Assembly: GCA_034722275.1 (NCBI GenBank)
Contig: JAYENW010000022.1
Location: 1,213 to 65,212, forward strand
DNA: 64,000 bases
Reading direction: 5' to 3'
Origin: Chloroflexota bacterium
Lineage (GTDB): Bacteria > Chloroflexota > Dehalococcoidia > GIF9 > AB-539-J10
Shown: positions 48,691 through 58,158 of the stretch, piece by piece
How the letters are laid out: the number at the start of each line of letters is the position of its first letter
Position numbering within the stretch: position 1 is the stretch's first letter
Translations under genes and position numbers: made by a program
Notes under the pieces: generated by a model
What the model was told of the DNA's origin: nothing
Database searches by the model: none
The model's input: only the letters and a program-made list of their open reading frames with translations

Positions 48691-50354
48691 GTGAGGATAT
48701 TATTATTGCAGGTTTCTCTGGCACAGGTAAATCGCAGGTAGCCAGAGAGGTAGCACAGCGCCTGGATTGGCATTTTATTGATACCGATAATGAGGTAAGT
48801 CAGCTTGCGGGGAAGTCAATCGCCGAGATTTTCCAACAGGATGGTGAAGGCAAATTCAGAAAACTGGAGCGTCACATTATCGAGAAAGCTTGTCAGCAAA
48901 AACAAGCAGTTATGGCGCTTGGTGGTGGCGCTATCGTTGATCCTCGAAACTATAAACTGCTTGCCCGAAGCGGAGCTATTATCTGTCTTGAAGCTGAACC
49001 GGAAACAATCTATCAACGTTTATTCAAAGAGAAGGCTTACGATGTTGAAGCTGAAGTGCGTCCTCTTTTGAGTGATGAAAACCCTCTGGAGCGTATCAGG
49101 GAGCTTAAGGCCTCAAGGCAGCATTATTACGATGATGCTGCCTTGACGATTCATACTGACCATCTGAATATCAATCAGGTGGCTGGTGAGGTGATCAGGG
49201 TTTGGAAGTTGCTTGGGCATCGTGCATCCCATAGTCACGGGGCCAAAGCTGGCAGTGATATAGATGAAGATATCGCTTCCTGGGTAGAAACTCCCATTCA
49301 AAGTTATCCCCTTTTTGTTGGTTATGGCTTACTGGATAAACTTGGAGTAAAAATGAAGCAGGCCGATTTATCGGGCACGGCCATCGTGGTAAGCGATGAA
49401 AATGTATTCTCTTTCTATGGCAGCAGAGTTGAGGGAATCTTGAAAGATGCTGGTTTTGCTGTCAACTCCTTTGTGGTGCTGCCAGGGGAAACAAGCAAGA
49501 GTATGGATGCTGTTAGCACTATCTATGATTTCATGGTTGGGCACCGTGTGGAGCGAAATGACGTCATTGTTGCTCTAGGTGGTGGTGTGGTAGGAGATTT
49601 GGCAGGTTTTGTCGCAGCTACTTTCCTGCGAGGCATCTCCTGGGTGCAGGTGCCCACCAGTTTGTTGGCTATGGTTGATGCCAGCATTGGAGGCAAGGTG
49701 GGGGTGAATCATCCTCAGGGGAAAAACCTTATCGGTGCTTTTTATCAGCCCAGCCTGGTTTTGGCGGACTGCCAGACTTTGACTACTCTGCCGCAGCGGG
49801 AACTCATTTCGGGGTGGGCTGAAGTTATCAAACATGGCTTGATCCTGGATAGAAGTTTTGTCGAATTCTTGGAAGCTGATGCTGAGGCGATAAAGCGGGA
49901 GGGAGCTTTGCTCACTCAAGCTGTTGCCCGCAGTGCTGCTATCAAGGCGCTGGTTGTTAACGAGGATGAAAAAGAGAAGGGGAAACGTATTGTGTTGAAC
50001 TATGGGCATACTATCGCTCATGGACTGGAGGCGGCCACTCAATATGGATGTTTTCTGCACGGCGAGGCAGTAGCTATTGGCATGGTGGGGGCAGCTAGGA
50101 TAGCTGAAAAGCAGGGGCTTTTATCTTCGAATGTGGTCCAGCGGCAGCAGATGCTCCTGGAACGATTTAATCTCCCAGTAAGCTTTTCTCACATAGACTT
50201 GGGCAAAGTGATGAAGGCTATGGAGTTGGATAAAAAGATAAGAGAAAAGACAATTCAGTGGGTTCTTTTACAGGATATCGGCAGGACAGTGATTCATAAT
50301 AATGTGCCTCAGCAGATTGTATTGGATGTTCTTCAGGAGTTGATGGAGTCATGA
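48681..50354 (+). CDS. bifunctional shikimate kinase / 3-dehydroquinate synthase fusion (AroK-AroB)
   Basis: N-terminal P-loop GFSGTGKS of shikimate kinase. The C-terminal region carries the DHQ synthase motifs GGGVVGDLAGF and VPTSLLAMVDASIGGKVGVN. Confidence 0.85.
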   Translation: MEIGEDIIIAGFSGTGKSQVAREVAQRLDWHFIDTDNEVSQLAGKSIAEIFQQDGEGKFRKLERHIIEKACQQKQAVMALGGGAIVDPRNYKLLARSGAIICLEAEPETIYQRLFKEKAYDVEAEVRPLLSDENPLERIRELKASRQHYYDDAALTIHTDHLNINQVAGEVIRVWKLLGHRASHSHGAKAGSDIDEDIASWVETPIQSYPLFVGYGLLDKLGVKMKQADLSGTAIVVSDENVFSFYGSRVEGILKDAGFAVNSFVVLPGETSKSMDAVSTIYDFMVGHRVERNDVIVALGGGVVGDLAGFVAATFLRGISWVQVPTSLLAMVDASIGGKVGVNHPQGKNLIGAFYQPSLVLADCQTLTTLPQRELISGWAEVIKHGLILDRSFVEFLEADAEAIKREGALLTQAVARSAAIKALVVNEDEKEKGKRIVLNYGHTIAHGLEAATQYGCFLHGEAVAIGMVGAARIAEKQGLLSSNVVQRQQMLLERFNLPVSFSHIDLGKVMKAMELDKKIREKTIQWVLLQDIGRTVIHNNVPQQIVLDVLQELMES

Positions 50355-51238
50355 ATGCAATAGCTGTGATTAAAACGAAATCTGTCTGGAACTATATTGA
50401 AGTGCTGAAACCCCGAGAGTCAGGACTGCACACGCTTATGGGTGTTGTTGCTGCCCTGGTTGCAGTTGGCGATATCGTTGCCTCTGGAAATGTTTTCCCT
50501 TTGCGAGAGTTTGTTCTTGCTGCTGTTGCTATTGCCTGCGGTATCCCGGGATGTAATGGGCTTACTAACTATCTTGACCGCAATGTTGATGCTCAGATGC
50601 AAAGAACCTGCCTTAGAGCTTTGCCATCCCGTCGTATTTATCCACCAGAAAAATCACTGCCTGTGATAGTTACGCTTGTGATTCTTGGCCTGGCTTTGGC
50701 CTGGCTGATCAATTTATTATGCTTTATTTGTGGGTTGGTAGGTGTTATAGCTGCTGTGCTGTGGCGTAAGACTTCTCTGGAGGTCTTTTTGGGAATTGTG
50801 GCTGGCTGGAGTCCAGTACTAATTGGGTGGTTTGCTATAAAACCTGTGTTCAGCCTTCAAATCCTGTCTATTTGTCTTCTTGTTGCTGTTTGGATTCCTC
50901 TGCATGTCTGGAGTTTGATGGTTGCCTACCGAGATGATTATCGCAATGCTGGGCTTCACTATTTCCCCCTCAACTGGGAGGTCAGGAAATCAGTGAGACT
51001 GTTATTCAGCCTCGCATTTTTGCTTTTTGCTATATCTATATTTGTGTTCTTCGCTGGCGAATTCCACCTGCCTTATCTTATAGTAGCTATTATTCTCGGT
51101 GTGGTGATGATTTCCGCCTGTGGCCGGCTTCTTACAGCTCAGCATTCTAAAGCGGCATGGCAAGTATACAAGCTAACTGCTTTTCCTTATCTGGGTGTTA
51201 TCTTTATCACCATGTGTCTCGACGCCTGGTTATTCTGA
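50351..51238 (+). CDS. UbiA-family aromatic prenyltransferase (CtaB/heme O synthase-like first motif)
   Basis: NYLDRNVDAQMQRTCLR matches the NxxxDxxxDxxMxRTxxR first Asp-rich motif. About 8 transmembrane helices. The second motif is YRDDYRN. Confidence 0.6.
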   Translation: MNAIAVIKTKSVWNYIEVLKPRESGLHTLMGVVAALVAVGDIVASGNVFPLREFVLAAVAIACGIPGCNGLTNYLDRNVDAQMQRTCLRALPSRRIYPPEKSLPVIVTLVILGLALAWLINLLCFICGLVGVIAAVLWRKTSLEVFLGIVAGWSPVLIGWFAIKPVFSLQILSICLLVAVWIPLHVWSLMVAYRDDYRNAGLHYFPLNWEVRKSVRLLFSLAFLLFAISIFVFFAGEFHLPYLIVAIILGVVMISACGRLLTAQHSKAAWQVYKLTAFPYLGVIFITMCLDAWLF

Positions 51239-51241
51239 TTG

Positions 51242-52690
51242 TCACAGTCTCTGCAGGGCTTCTCTGAGACGCTTCAGGCTTTTTCCCTTCCCTAAAATGG
51301 CCATAGTTTGAAACAAGGGTGGTGCTGCCGTGCGCCCAGTGATTGCTATCCTCAGCAAACCGAAGAATTTCCTCGTGCTTAAATTTAGCTCCGTGCTTAG
51401 CGGCCGCAAGATGCTTTCTAAAGACTCTGCATCCCAAATTTCTGTTGGTTGCAGTTTTTGCAGAGTTTCTTGGAGAATTTGAGTGGCTGTTTGGGTATCC
51501 ATGTCCTTGCCTAGAAGCATCTCTGTGCTATATGAGAGTTTATCCCGGAAGAAGAAGTCCGCAAGTTGGGGGACTTCAGCCAAAGTTTTAGCACGCTCCT
51601 GAATTAAAGGCATAACCTGGTTGACATAACTAGCATTCAAAGGACGTTTTACTGAAGGCGGCAAGTCCCTCTCCAGAAACGGCGTAGCCTGACGGATGTA
51701 TTCCTGGGGGTCTAATTTGCGTAAGTAAACGCCGTTCATCCAGTCTAATTTCTCTTTATTGAAAATGGCTCCTGTCTTACCTATTCTTTCCAGGGAGAAG
51801 TGCTGTATCAATTCATCTTGACTTAATAACTCAGTTCGGTCATCAAGCGACCAGCCCAGCAATGTCAGGAAATTTATCATGGCCTGAGGCAGGTAACCTT
51901 GTTCCTGGTACGCATTTATGGAGGTAGCGCCATGTCTCTTGGAAAGTTTTGCTTTGTCGGGTCCTAAAATCATGGGTAAATGGGCGAATTGTGGAGGCTG
52001 CCAGTTCAGGGCTTGATAAAGCAGTATATGGCGGGGAGTGCTGGAGAGCCATTCGTCAGCCCGGAGAACATGGGAAATTGCCATCAGATGGTCATCTACT
52101 ATGTTGGCAAGGTGATATGTAGGGTAACCATCAGACTTGAGCAGGACGAAATCATCCAGAGTATTATTCTGGAAAGTTATCGAGCCGCGAATTGAATCAA
52201 GGAATGTAGTTTTTCCAGAAAGTGGTGTCTTGAAGCGGACCACAGGCTTGCTGCCTATTGCTTCCAGCTTACTTCTCTCTTGTTGAGTTAAATTACGGCA
52301 GCGCCTGTCATACTTGGGTGGCTGTTTTCGTTTCATTTGTTCCCGGCGCATTGCTTGTAATCGTTCAGAAGAGCAATAGCAGAGATAGGCATGGTCTTCT
52401 TCAATTAATCTATTGGCGGTGTCTCGATAAAATGGTAATCGCTGCGATTGGAAATAAGGGCCTTCATCCCAGTCTAATCTCAACCAGCGTAAGCTCTGTA
52501 GTATTATCTCTACTGCTCCCTCTACTTTGCGAGCGATATCGGTATCCTCGATGCGTAAGATAAATTTGCCGTTATTATGACGGGCAAAAAGCCAGTTGAA
52601 TAGAGCAGTTCTGATGTTTCCTAGATGTGGGTATCCCGTAGGACTGGGCGCAAAGCGAACTCGAACTGAAGTCTTTAACGCTGCTGGCAT
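51242..52690 (-). CDS. gltX: glutamyl-tRNA synthetase
   Basis: RFAPSPTGYPHLGN (HIGH) and KLSKRHG (KMSKS). 482 aa. Confidence 0.9.
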   Translation of the reverse strand: MPAALKTSVRVRFAPSPTGYPHLGNIRTALFNWLFARHNNGKFILRIEDTDIARKVEGAVEIILQSLRWLRLDWDEGPYFQSQRLPFYRDTANRLIEEDHAYLCYCSSERLQAMRREQMKRKQPPKYDRRCRNLTQQERSKLEAIGSKPVVRFKTPLSGKTTFLDSIRGSITFQNNTLDDFVLLKSDGYPTYHLANIVDDHLMAISHVLRADEWLSSTPRHILLYQALNWQPPQFAHLPMILGPDKAKLSKRHGATSINAYQEQGYLPQAMINFLTLLGWSLDDRTELLSQDELIQHFSLERIGKTGAIFNKEKLDWMNGVYLRKLDPQEYIRQATPFLERDLPPSVKRPLNASYVNQVMPLIQERAKTLAEVPQLADFFFRDKLSYSTEMLLGKDMDTQTATQILQETLQKLQPTEIWDAESLESILRPLSTELNLSTRKFFGLLRIAITGRTAAPPLFQTMAILGKGKSLKRLREALQRL

Positions 52691-52707
52691 TGCCTATGTT
52701 TATTGTT

Positions 52708-52965
52708 TTACCTGGAGAGAACTCGTTGTAAGTCCTTCAGTTGTTTTAATCGTTTCTTAAGTCTCTGGGCAAGTTGCTCAGCCTGATTCAGGGCGTTTTC
52801 GGCATTTTCTATCTCTGTCGTTATCTTGAAGAGAGTTTCATTCTGTCGTTCGCCTAATTCAATTTCAAAATTGGATAACTTCTCCCTGCCTTCTTTAAAT
52901 GGAGAAGGCAGGGGTTCATTTTCGTCTATTGTTTGTTCCTTAGTGAATTTGGGGAAAGGCTTCAA
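52708..52965 (-). CDS. hypothetical 85-aa charged coiled-coil protein
   Basis: The ORF ends 17 nt upstream of the gltX start. Its C-terminal half is a heptad-rich helix (NALNQAEQLAQRLKKRLKQLKDLQ). There is no family call. Confidence 0.3.
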   Translation of the reverse strand: MKPFPKFTKEQTIDENEPLPSPFKEGREKLSNFEIELGERQNETLFKITTEIENAENALNQAEQLAQRLKKRLKQLKDLQRVLSR

Positions 52966-53124
52966 TTTATTGACCTCCTTGGAAACAAAAATTACCCCTA
53001 CCTCACATCACCCAATTTCACTGGCAAAAGGGCCTCATGGGCGCAATGTAACATATCCTGAATGTTCTTGCAAGATAATGTATGCAGGCGAAGTAACAGG
53101 TAACTGCCGAAGCTCTTTGCTTAG

Positions 53125-53268
53125 CTAGGCTTTCCCTATCCGGAATACCTTTGTGCCACAAACAGGGCAGACACCCTGTACTGCTGGCCTACCATTCTTA
53201 AGTGTGATTTGCTTGGAATTCTTTATTTCTACCTTCTTTCGGCACTTCATACAATAAGCTGTTGCCAT
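53125..53268 (-). CDS. 47-aa zinc-ribbon micro-protein (DUF5679-like)
   Basis: Translation is MATAYCMKCRKKVEIKNSKQITLKNGRPAVQGVCPVCGTKVFRIGKA, with a CxxC...CxxC arrangement. GGAGGA lies 7 nt upstream. It is below the 60-aa cutoff of the ORF track. Confidence 0.5.
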   Translation of the reverse strand: MATAYCMKCRKKVEIKNSKQITLKNGRPAVQGVCPVCGTKVFRIGKA

Positions 53269-53371
53269 GATATCCTCCTTCCTGATTCTAAATATTCTAT
53301 ATTGTTACTGCATAAGCAAAGATATGTCAATAGTACTTTAGTCTGAGGTAAAACATTTTTACCTTAGAACT

Positions 53372-54070
53372 TCATATATTACCAAAACGGCGCTGACGGT
53401 ATTTATATTCTCTGAAAGCCTCTTCAATCTCTTTTTGTCCAAAATCGGGCCACAGCACCGGAGTAAAATAAAGCTCACTATAGGCAGCTTGCCACAAAAG
53501 AAAGTTGCTCAAGCGGAGTTCACCGCCAGTGCGGATAACTAAATCTGGGTCAGGGATATCATGAGTATACAAATGCTGGCTAAACAAAGCCTGATCTACT
53601 TTGTCAGCGCTGGTATTGCTGTTGATAATGTCTCTGGCTGCCTGTATAATTTCATCGCGTCCACCATAATCGATGGCAAGACATAGTGTAAGCCCGGTAT
53701 TATGCCTGGTGAGTTCGACTGCTGCTTTAATTTTTCCCCCTAGCTTCCGAGATAGCTTATCTGCATCGCCCAAGTGTAGCAGCCTGATATTTTCCTGGTG
53801 AAAGGCATGAGCTTCTCTGTTAATTCTTGTTGCTAGAAGGTTGAATAAAGCGGTAACTTCTGCTCTGGGACGATTCCAGTTCTCGGTGGAGAAGGCATAA
53901 AGGGTCAGATATCTTACTCCATAGTTGGCGAAAATCCTCACCACTGGGTGAATATTGTCACCCCCAGCCTCGTGTCCTTCAAGCCGGGACAGTCCACGTT
54001 TTTTTGCCCATCTACCGTTGCCATCCATAATGATGGCTACATGCCTGGGAGGGTAATTTGCTTCAGTCAC
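53372..54070 (-). CDS. uppS: isoprenyl (undecaprenyl) diphosphate synthase
   Basis: HVAIIMDGNGRWA...FSTENW matches the cis-prenyltransferase signature. Confidence 0.9.
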   Translation of the reverse strand: MTEANYPPRHVAIIMDGNGRWAKKRGLSRLEGHEAGGDNIHPVVRIFANYGVRYLTLYAFSTENWNRPRAEVTALFNLLATRINREAHAFHQENIRLLHLGDADKLSRKLGGKIKAAVELTRHNTGLTLCLAIDYGGRDEIIQAARDIINSNTSADKVDQALFSQHLYTHDIPDPDLVIRTGGELRLSNFLLWQAAYSELYFTPVLWPDFGQKEIEEAFREYKYRQRRFGNI

Positions 54071-54357
54071 AAATTGGCCTCCCAGGGAAGAATATGCCGA
54101 GCCTTTCGCCAGGGATGGGCTAAACGGTATTTCAATGCAGCCATAAGTAACTTACTGTGCCAGTCGAAGGAATCAAAGCATCCAGTGCTGATTATTCCGG
54201 TGCAGCAAACATCAAACCACAGCGCACCTTTTTGCTCCAGAACGGCCACGCGGTAACCTGGCGAAGCCAGTTGGCAGGAAGTATAGCTTCCTACTGGTCC
54301 TGCTCCCGGTAGTATAAAGTCATAAAATTGATTTGACAACCCCATGTGCTCGTTCAA
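54067..54357 (-). pseudogene. 96-codon N-terminal remnant of a geranylgeranyl-reductase-type FAD oxidoreductase
   Basis: YDFILPGAGPVGSY...GYRVAVLEQ is the FAD Rossmann start of the GGR family, and CCTGIIS corresponds to the GGR CGGxIS motif. The ORF terminates after 96 aa with an ATGA overlap onto uppS, so there is no room for the ~300 missing residues. Confidence 0.45.
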
Positions 54358-54554
54358 ATCCTCTCTTATATAATGCTATCATATTGCAGCGGGAGAAAAG
54401 CAACTTTTAAAGAGGGAAAATCCAACTGAAACAAATCTACGAAGCTGAAAGCTGCCTGGATTTTGATATTTCGGAAGTGGTGGAGGGACTGCTTACAATA
54501 CTGGTGTCGCTATGTTGATTTGATGTATAGTTAAGTTTCAAAAGGGAAGTTCCA

Positions 54555-56456
54555 ATGTCTGTGATATTAGATAAGATTGATAGTCCTGCTGATCTTAAAA
54601 CATTGAGCTACGGCGAACTAAATCAGCTCTGTGCTGAGCTCAGAGAAAAGATGGTGAACACAGTAAGCGTTACCGGTGGTCATCTGGCTTCCAGCCTGGG
54701 AGCAGTTGAGCTTAGCGTCGCCTTACATCGAGTATTTGACAGCCCCAAAGATAAGATAATCTGGGATGTAGGGCATCAGAGCTATGCCCATAAACTGCTT
54801 ACAGGACGAAAAGAGCAGTTTTCTTCTCTGCGACAGTATGGTGGGCTATCTGGTTTTCCCGACCCCGGTGAGAGCCCGCACGATTCTTTCGTTGCCGGTC
54901 ACGGAGGCAATTCTATGTCCGCTGCCCTGGGTATGGCTCTGGCTCGTGATATCGCTCATGATGATTATCACGTGGTGGCTGTCATTGGCGATGGCTGCCT
55001 AACTTGTGGCATGGTTTACGAAGCATTGAATCATGCCGGCCACCATGGCACAAAGTTGGTTGTCTTACTCAATGATAATGGTATGTCCATTTCACCCACT
55101 GTGGGAGCATTGTCGCGGCATCTGAATATGCTGCGGACCAGCCGCCGCTACAAGCAGGCTAAGGAAAGGACGAATCAGTTACTTTCTCTCATGCCTGGAG
55201 GGAGAAAGCTAAATTGTATGTTAAACCGCTTCAAAGAAGGAGCCAAAGCGGTTGTTATGCCTACCATGATATGGGAGCAACTCGGGTTTACTTACTTGGG
55301 ACCGATAAATGGTCACAGCGTTGCCGAGGTTGAAGCCGCTCTTATCAAAGCTAAGAATTACCACAAGCCGGTGGTTATCCACGCGCTAACGACCAAGGGC
55401 AAAGGTTATCAGCCGGCAGAGGAAGACCCTGTCAGCTTTCATGGTGTATCTCCCCAGGGCGAGATATTGAGAACGGTACCTACTTATAGCGAGATATTCG
55501 CCCAAACAGTCGGCAGGATACTCAGAGATAACTCCAGAGTAGTCGTGGTGGCTGCTGCTATGGTTGAGGGCAATGGCTTGTCTTCCTTAGCTCGAGAATT
55601 TCCCCAGCGTATCCATGATGTGGGGATTTCTGAGCAGCATGCAGTTACTTTGGCTGCTGGCCTGGCTTCCCGGGGTCTCATCCCCATTGTAGCTATATAT
55701 TCTACATTCCTGCAGCGTGCTTTTGATCAGATGTTGCACGATGTCTGTCTCCCCGACCTGCCGGTCATTTTTGCCCTGGACCGCAGTGGTATCGTAGGAG
55801 AAGACGGCAAAACACACCAGGGGATATTCGACCTATCTTATCTCAGTTTGATGCCCAATATGATTGTTTCCGCTCCCGGGGATGAGGATGAGCTTCAACA
55901 TTTACTCTATACTGCTCTGGAAGCCGGGCATCCTATGGCGATTCGCTATCCTCGGGGTTGCGGAACGGCAATCCCCTTGAAAAAGGAGTTCCATAGTATC
56001 CCTGTAGGCAAAGGTGAGTTGATAAAGGAAGGCAGGGATATAGCCATAATAGCCATTGGCTCAACCGTTATGCCTTCTCTGGAAGCAGCAGAGTATTTGA
56101 CTGCTTGTGGAATTGATGCCTTGGTGGTTAATGCCCGCTTTGTCAGACCTCTGGATGAAGAGCTTATTCTGGAGGCTGCCAGCTATGCCGGGAAAATAGT
56201 CACGGTGGAGGATAATGTTCTCAAGGGTGGTTTTGGTGCCTCGGTGCTGGAATTGCTGGAGAAGGCTAAAATCTCAGATATTAAAGTAAAGCGATTGGGC
56301 ATTCCTGATGAATTTGTCACTCATGGAAAACAGGATTTCCTGCGCTCGCTTTATCATCTCGATGCGCAGGGTATCGCCGCAGAATGCGCTGGTTTTCTAG
56401 CTGATGTTGAGCCAGAGATACAGAGAAAATTCAGCGCCGTTGTCTTCAAGCACTAA
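54555..56456 (+). CDS. dxs: 1-deoxy-D-xylulose-5-phosphate synthase
   Basis: TPP motif GDGCLTCGMVYEALNHAG...LNDN, the transketolase-like middle domain and the C-terminal domain. 633 aa. Confidence 0.95.
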   Translation: MSVILDKIDSPADLKTLSYGELNQLCAELREKMVNTVSVTGGHLASSLGAVELSVALHRVFDSPKDKIIWDVGHQSYAHKLLTGRKEQFSSLRQYGGLSGFPDPGESPHDSFVAGHGGNSMSAALGMALARDIAHDDYHVVAVIGDGCLTCGMVYEALNHAGHHGTKLVVLLNDNGMSISPTVGALSRHLNMLRTSRRYKQAKERTNQLLSLMPGGRKLNCMLNRFKEGAKAVVMPTMIWEQLGFTYLGPINGHSVAEVEAALIKAKNYHKPVVIHALTTKGKGYQPAEEDPVSFHGVSPQGEILRTVPTYSEIFAQTVGRILRDNSRVVVVAAAMVEGNGLSSLAREFPQRIHDVGISEQHAVTLAAGLASRGLIPIVAIYSTFLQRAFDQMLHDVCLPDLPVIFALDRSGIVGEDGKTHQGIFDLSYLSLMPNMIVSAPGDEDELQHLLYTALEAGHPMAIRYPRGCGTAIPLKKEFHSIPVGKGELIKEGRDIAIIAIGSTVMPSLEAAEYLTACGIDALVVNARFVRPLDEELILEAASYAGKIVTVEDNVLKGGFGASVLELLEKAKISDIKVKRLGIPDEFVTHGKQDFLRSLYHLDAQGIAAECAGFLADVEPEIQRKFSAVVFKH

Positions 56457-56775
56457 TTCGCTGTTTTCCTAATGCCTCCCCTCACTATGGAAGTGCCCTA
56501 GCCAGTATACTCTGCTCTTTGAACAGGGAAATCTGATGCTGATTGACACGCTAAGTCTTTCTTCAAGGATAAGTTCTCTCCTGTGGTACCAGGCAATGCC
56601 TGTTATATTGCGAGAAGAAGAGCCGCAGCGGAAGTCCCGAGATGATGCGAACTATCTTGGAAGGGGGCATATAGAGGTGATTTTTTCTGAAAATTCCCGA
56701 ATATTGGTCTAAAATTGTTGTCAATTAGGTACTTCAGTGTTATCTTTCTAAGTACCTTATTCATATAAGATTCTA

Positions 56776-58158
56776 ATGAATGCTAGTATCAGTAAAGGGC
56801 GGCGCTTATTTGGCACCAGTGGCATCAGGGGTGTGGTTCATCAGGATATCACTCCGAGTTTCTGTCGTGAAGTTGCCCGAGCACTGGGCACTACCGTGCC
56901 AATGCAGTCTAAAATTTGTATTGCCACTGATACCAGGCAGAGCCGTGAGTTAATCAAGGAAGCGGTCATATCTGGTTTGTGCTCTACAGGCATTGATGTG
57001 ACTGACCTGGGAATTTTGCCTACTCCAGCGCTATCTCTGCTGACCAGGGAAATGGATTTCGATACCGGAGTCATGATTACGGCTTCACATAATCCACCAG
57101 AATATAATGGCATCAAGCTCTTTAACAAAGATGCTGTGGGGTACAGCCAGACTCAGGAAATGGAGGTAGAAAGGCTTTATTTTGGCGGAAAGTTCCGGTC
57201 CGGGAATGGGATTTCAGAGCAAGTATGTGATGGGAAAGAACGATATCTTTCCTTTATTAAAGCTCAGCTTTCTTCCTGGAAGACCGACTATGAGTTAAAG
57301 TTAGTTGTTGACCCTGGCAACGGCGCTGCTTCTGGTTTTGCCAGTTATATCTTCAGCCAGATGGGCCTCAATGTACTCCCTATAAATGACCAGCCTGATG
57401 GTCTTTTCTCAGGAAGAAATCCCGAACCCAAAGAGGATACGCTTCAGGGAACTGTTGAGTTCTTAAGGCAGCAGCAAGCTGATTTAGCTGTCTGTTTTGA
57501 CGGCGATGCCGACCGGGTTGTCTTCTGTGACAGAGAGGGTTTTCTGGGATTTAACGAGATGATTGCCTTTGTATCACGATTAATGCTCAAGAAAACAGAA
57601 AAGAAAACAGTGGCTACCACAGTAGAAACGGGTAGACTTGTTGACTTAGCACTGAATGACTTGGGGGGGAAAGTGGTGCGGGGTAAAGTAGGTGATGTCA
57701 ACGTAGCTTATTTAGCCCGGGAGTGTGATGCGGCTCTGGGTGTGGAAGGTGTCGGTGTTTATATCTTTCCTGAGCTGGGTTACTATCCCGATAGCATCTT
57801 TGCTGTGCTCAGCCTGTTAAATGGGTTGGATGATGCCAGGGAAATCCGGGAATTCTTCATGGGAATCCCCAGGCTCTTCTTTCAAAAGAGTAAAGTTGTT
57901 TGTCCTGCTGAGCTCAAAGAGCCAGTAATGGCTCAGGTGAAAGACCACTCGCTAGTGCTTAAAGTAGACAAGCAGCCCGAGATAAACGCTATTGATGGAG
58001 TAAGGCTGGAGTTTCCTGATTCATGGGTGCTCATCAGACCCAGCGGCACTGAGCCTGCCATCCGGGTCATGGCTGAGTCAGTATCAATGGTACAGGTGAG
58101 TGAACTCATAAGGAAGGGGAGTGAGTTCGTGCAAAGTCTTGTGGAGGTCATTCGATGA
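56776..58158 (+). CDS. phosphoglucosamine/phosphohexose mutase (archaeal-type GlmM-like, PGM/PMM family)
   Basis: LFGTSGIRG N-terminus, active-site Ser loop TASHNPPEYNGIK and Mg site FDGDADR. Confidence 0.8.
   Translation: MNASISKGRRLFGTSGIRGVVHQDITPSFCREVARALGTTVPMQSKICIATDTRQSRELIKEAVISGLCSTGIDVTDLGILPTPALSLLTREMDFDTGVMITASHNPPEYNGIKLFNKDAVGYSQTQEMEVERLYFGGKFRSGNGISEQVCDGKERYLSFIKAQLSSWKTDYELKLVVDPGNGAASGFASYIFSQMGLNVLPINDQPDGLFSGRNPEPKEDTLQGTVEFLRQQQADLAVCFDGDADRVVFCDREGFLGFNEMIAFVSRLMLKKTEKKTVATTVETGRLVDLALNDLGGKVVRGKVGDVNVAYLARECDAALGVEGVGVYIFPELGYYPDSIFAVLSLLNGLDDAREIREFFMGIPRLFFQKSKVVCPAELKEPVMAQVKDHSLVLKVDKQPEINAIDGVRLEFPDSWVLIRPSGTEPAIRVMAESVSMVQVSELIRKGSEFVQSLVEVIR

Noticed and set aside
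54358-54554. Possible TPP riboswitch upstream of dxs
   Set aside because: No CUGAGA/ACCUGAUCUGGAUAAUGCCAGCG-like thi-box sequence is present.
56457-56775. glmS ribozyme in the glmM-glmU-glmS leader
   Set aside because: No AGCGCC...GGCG cleavage-site core or P2.1/P3 consensus was found by eye. This cannot be excluded without a covariance-model search.
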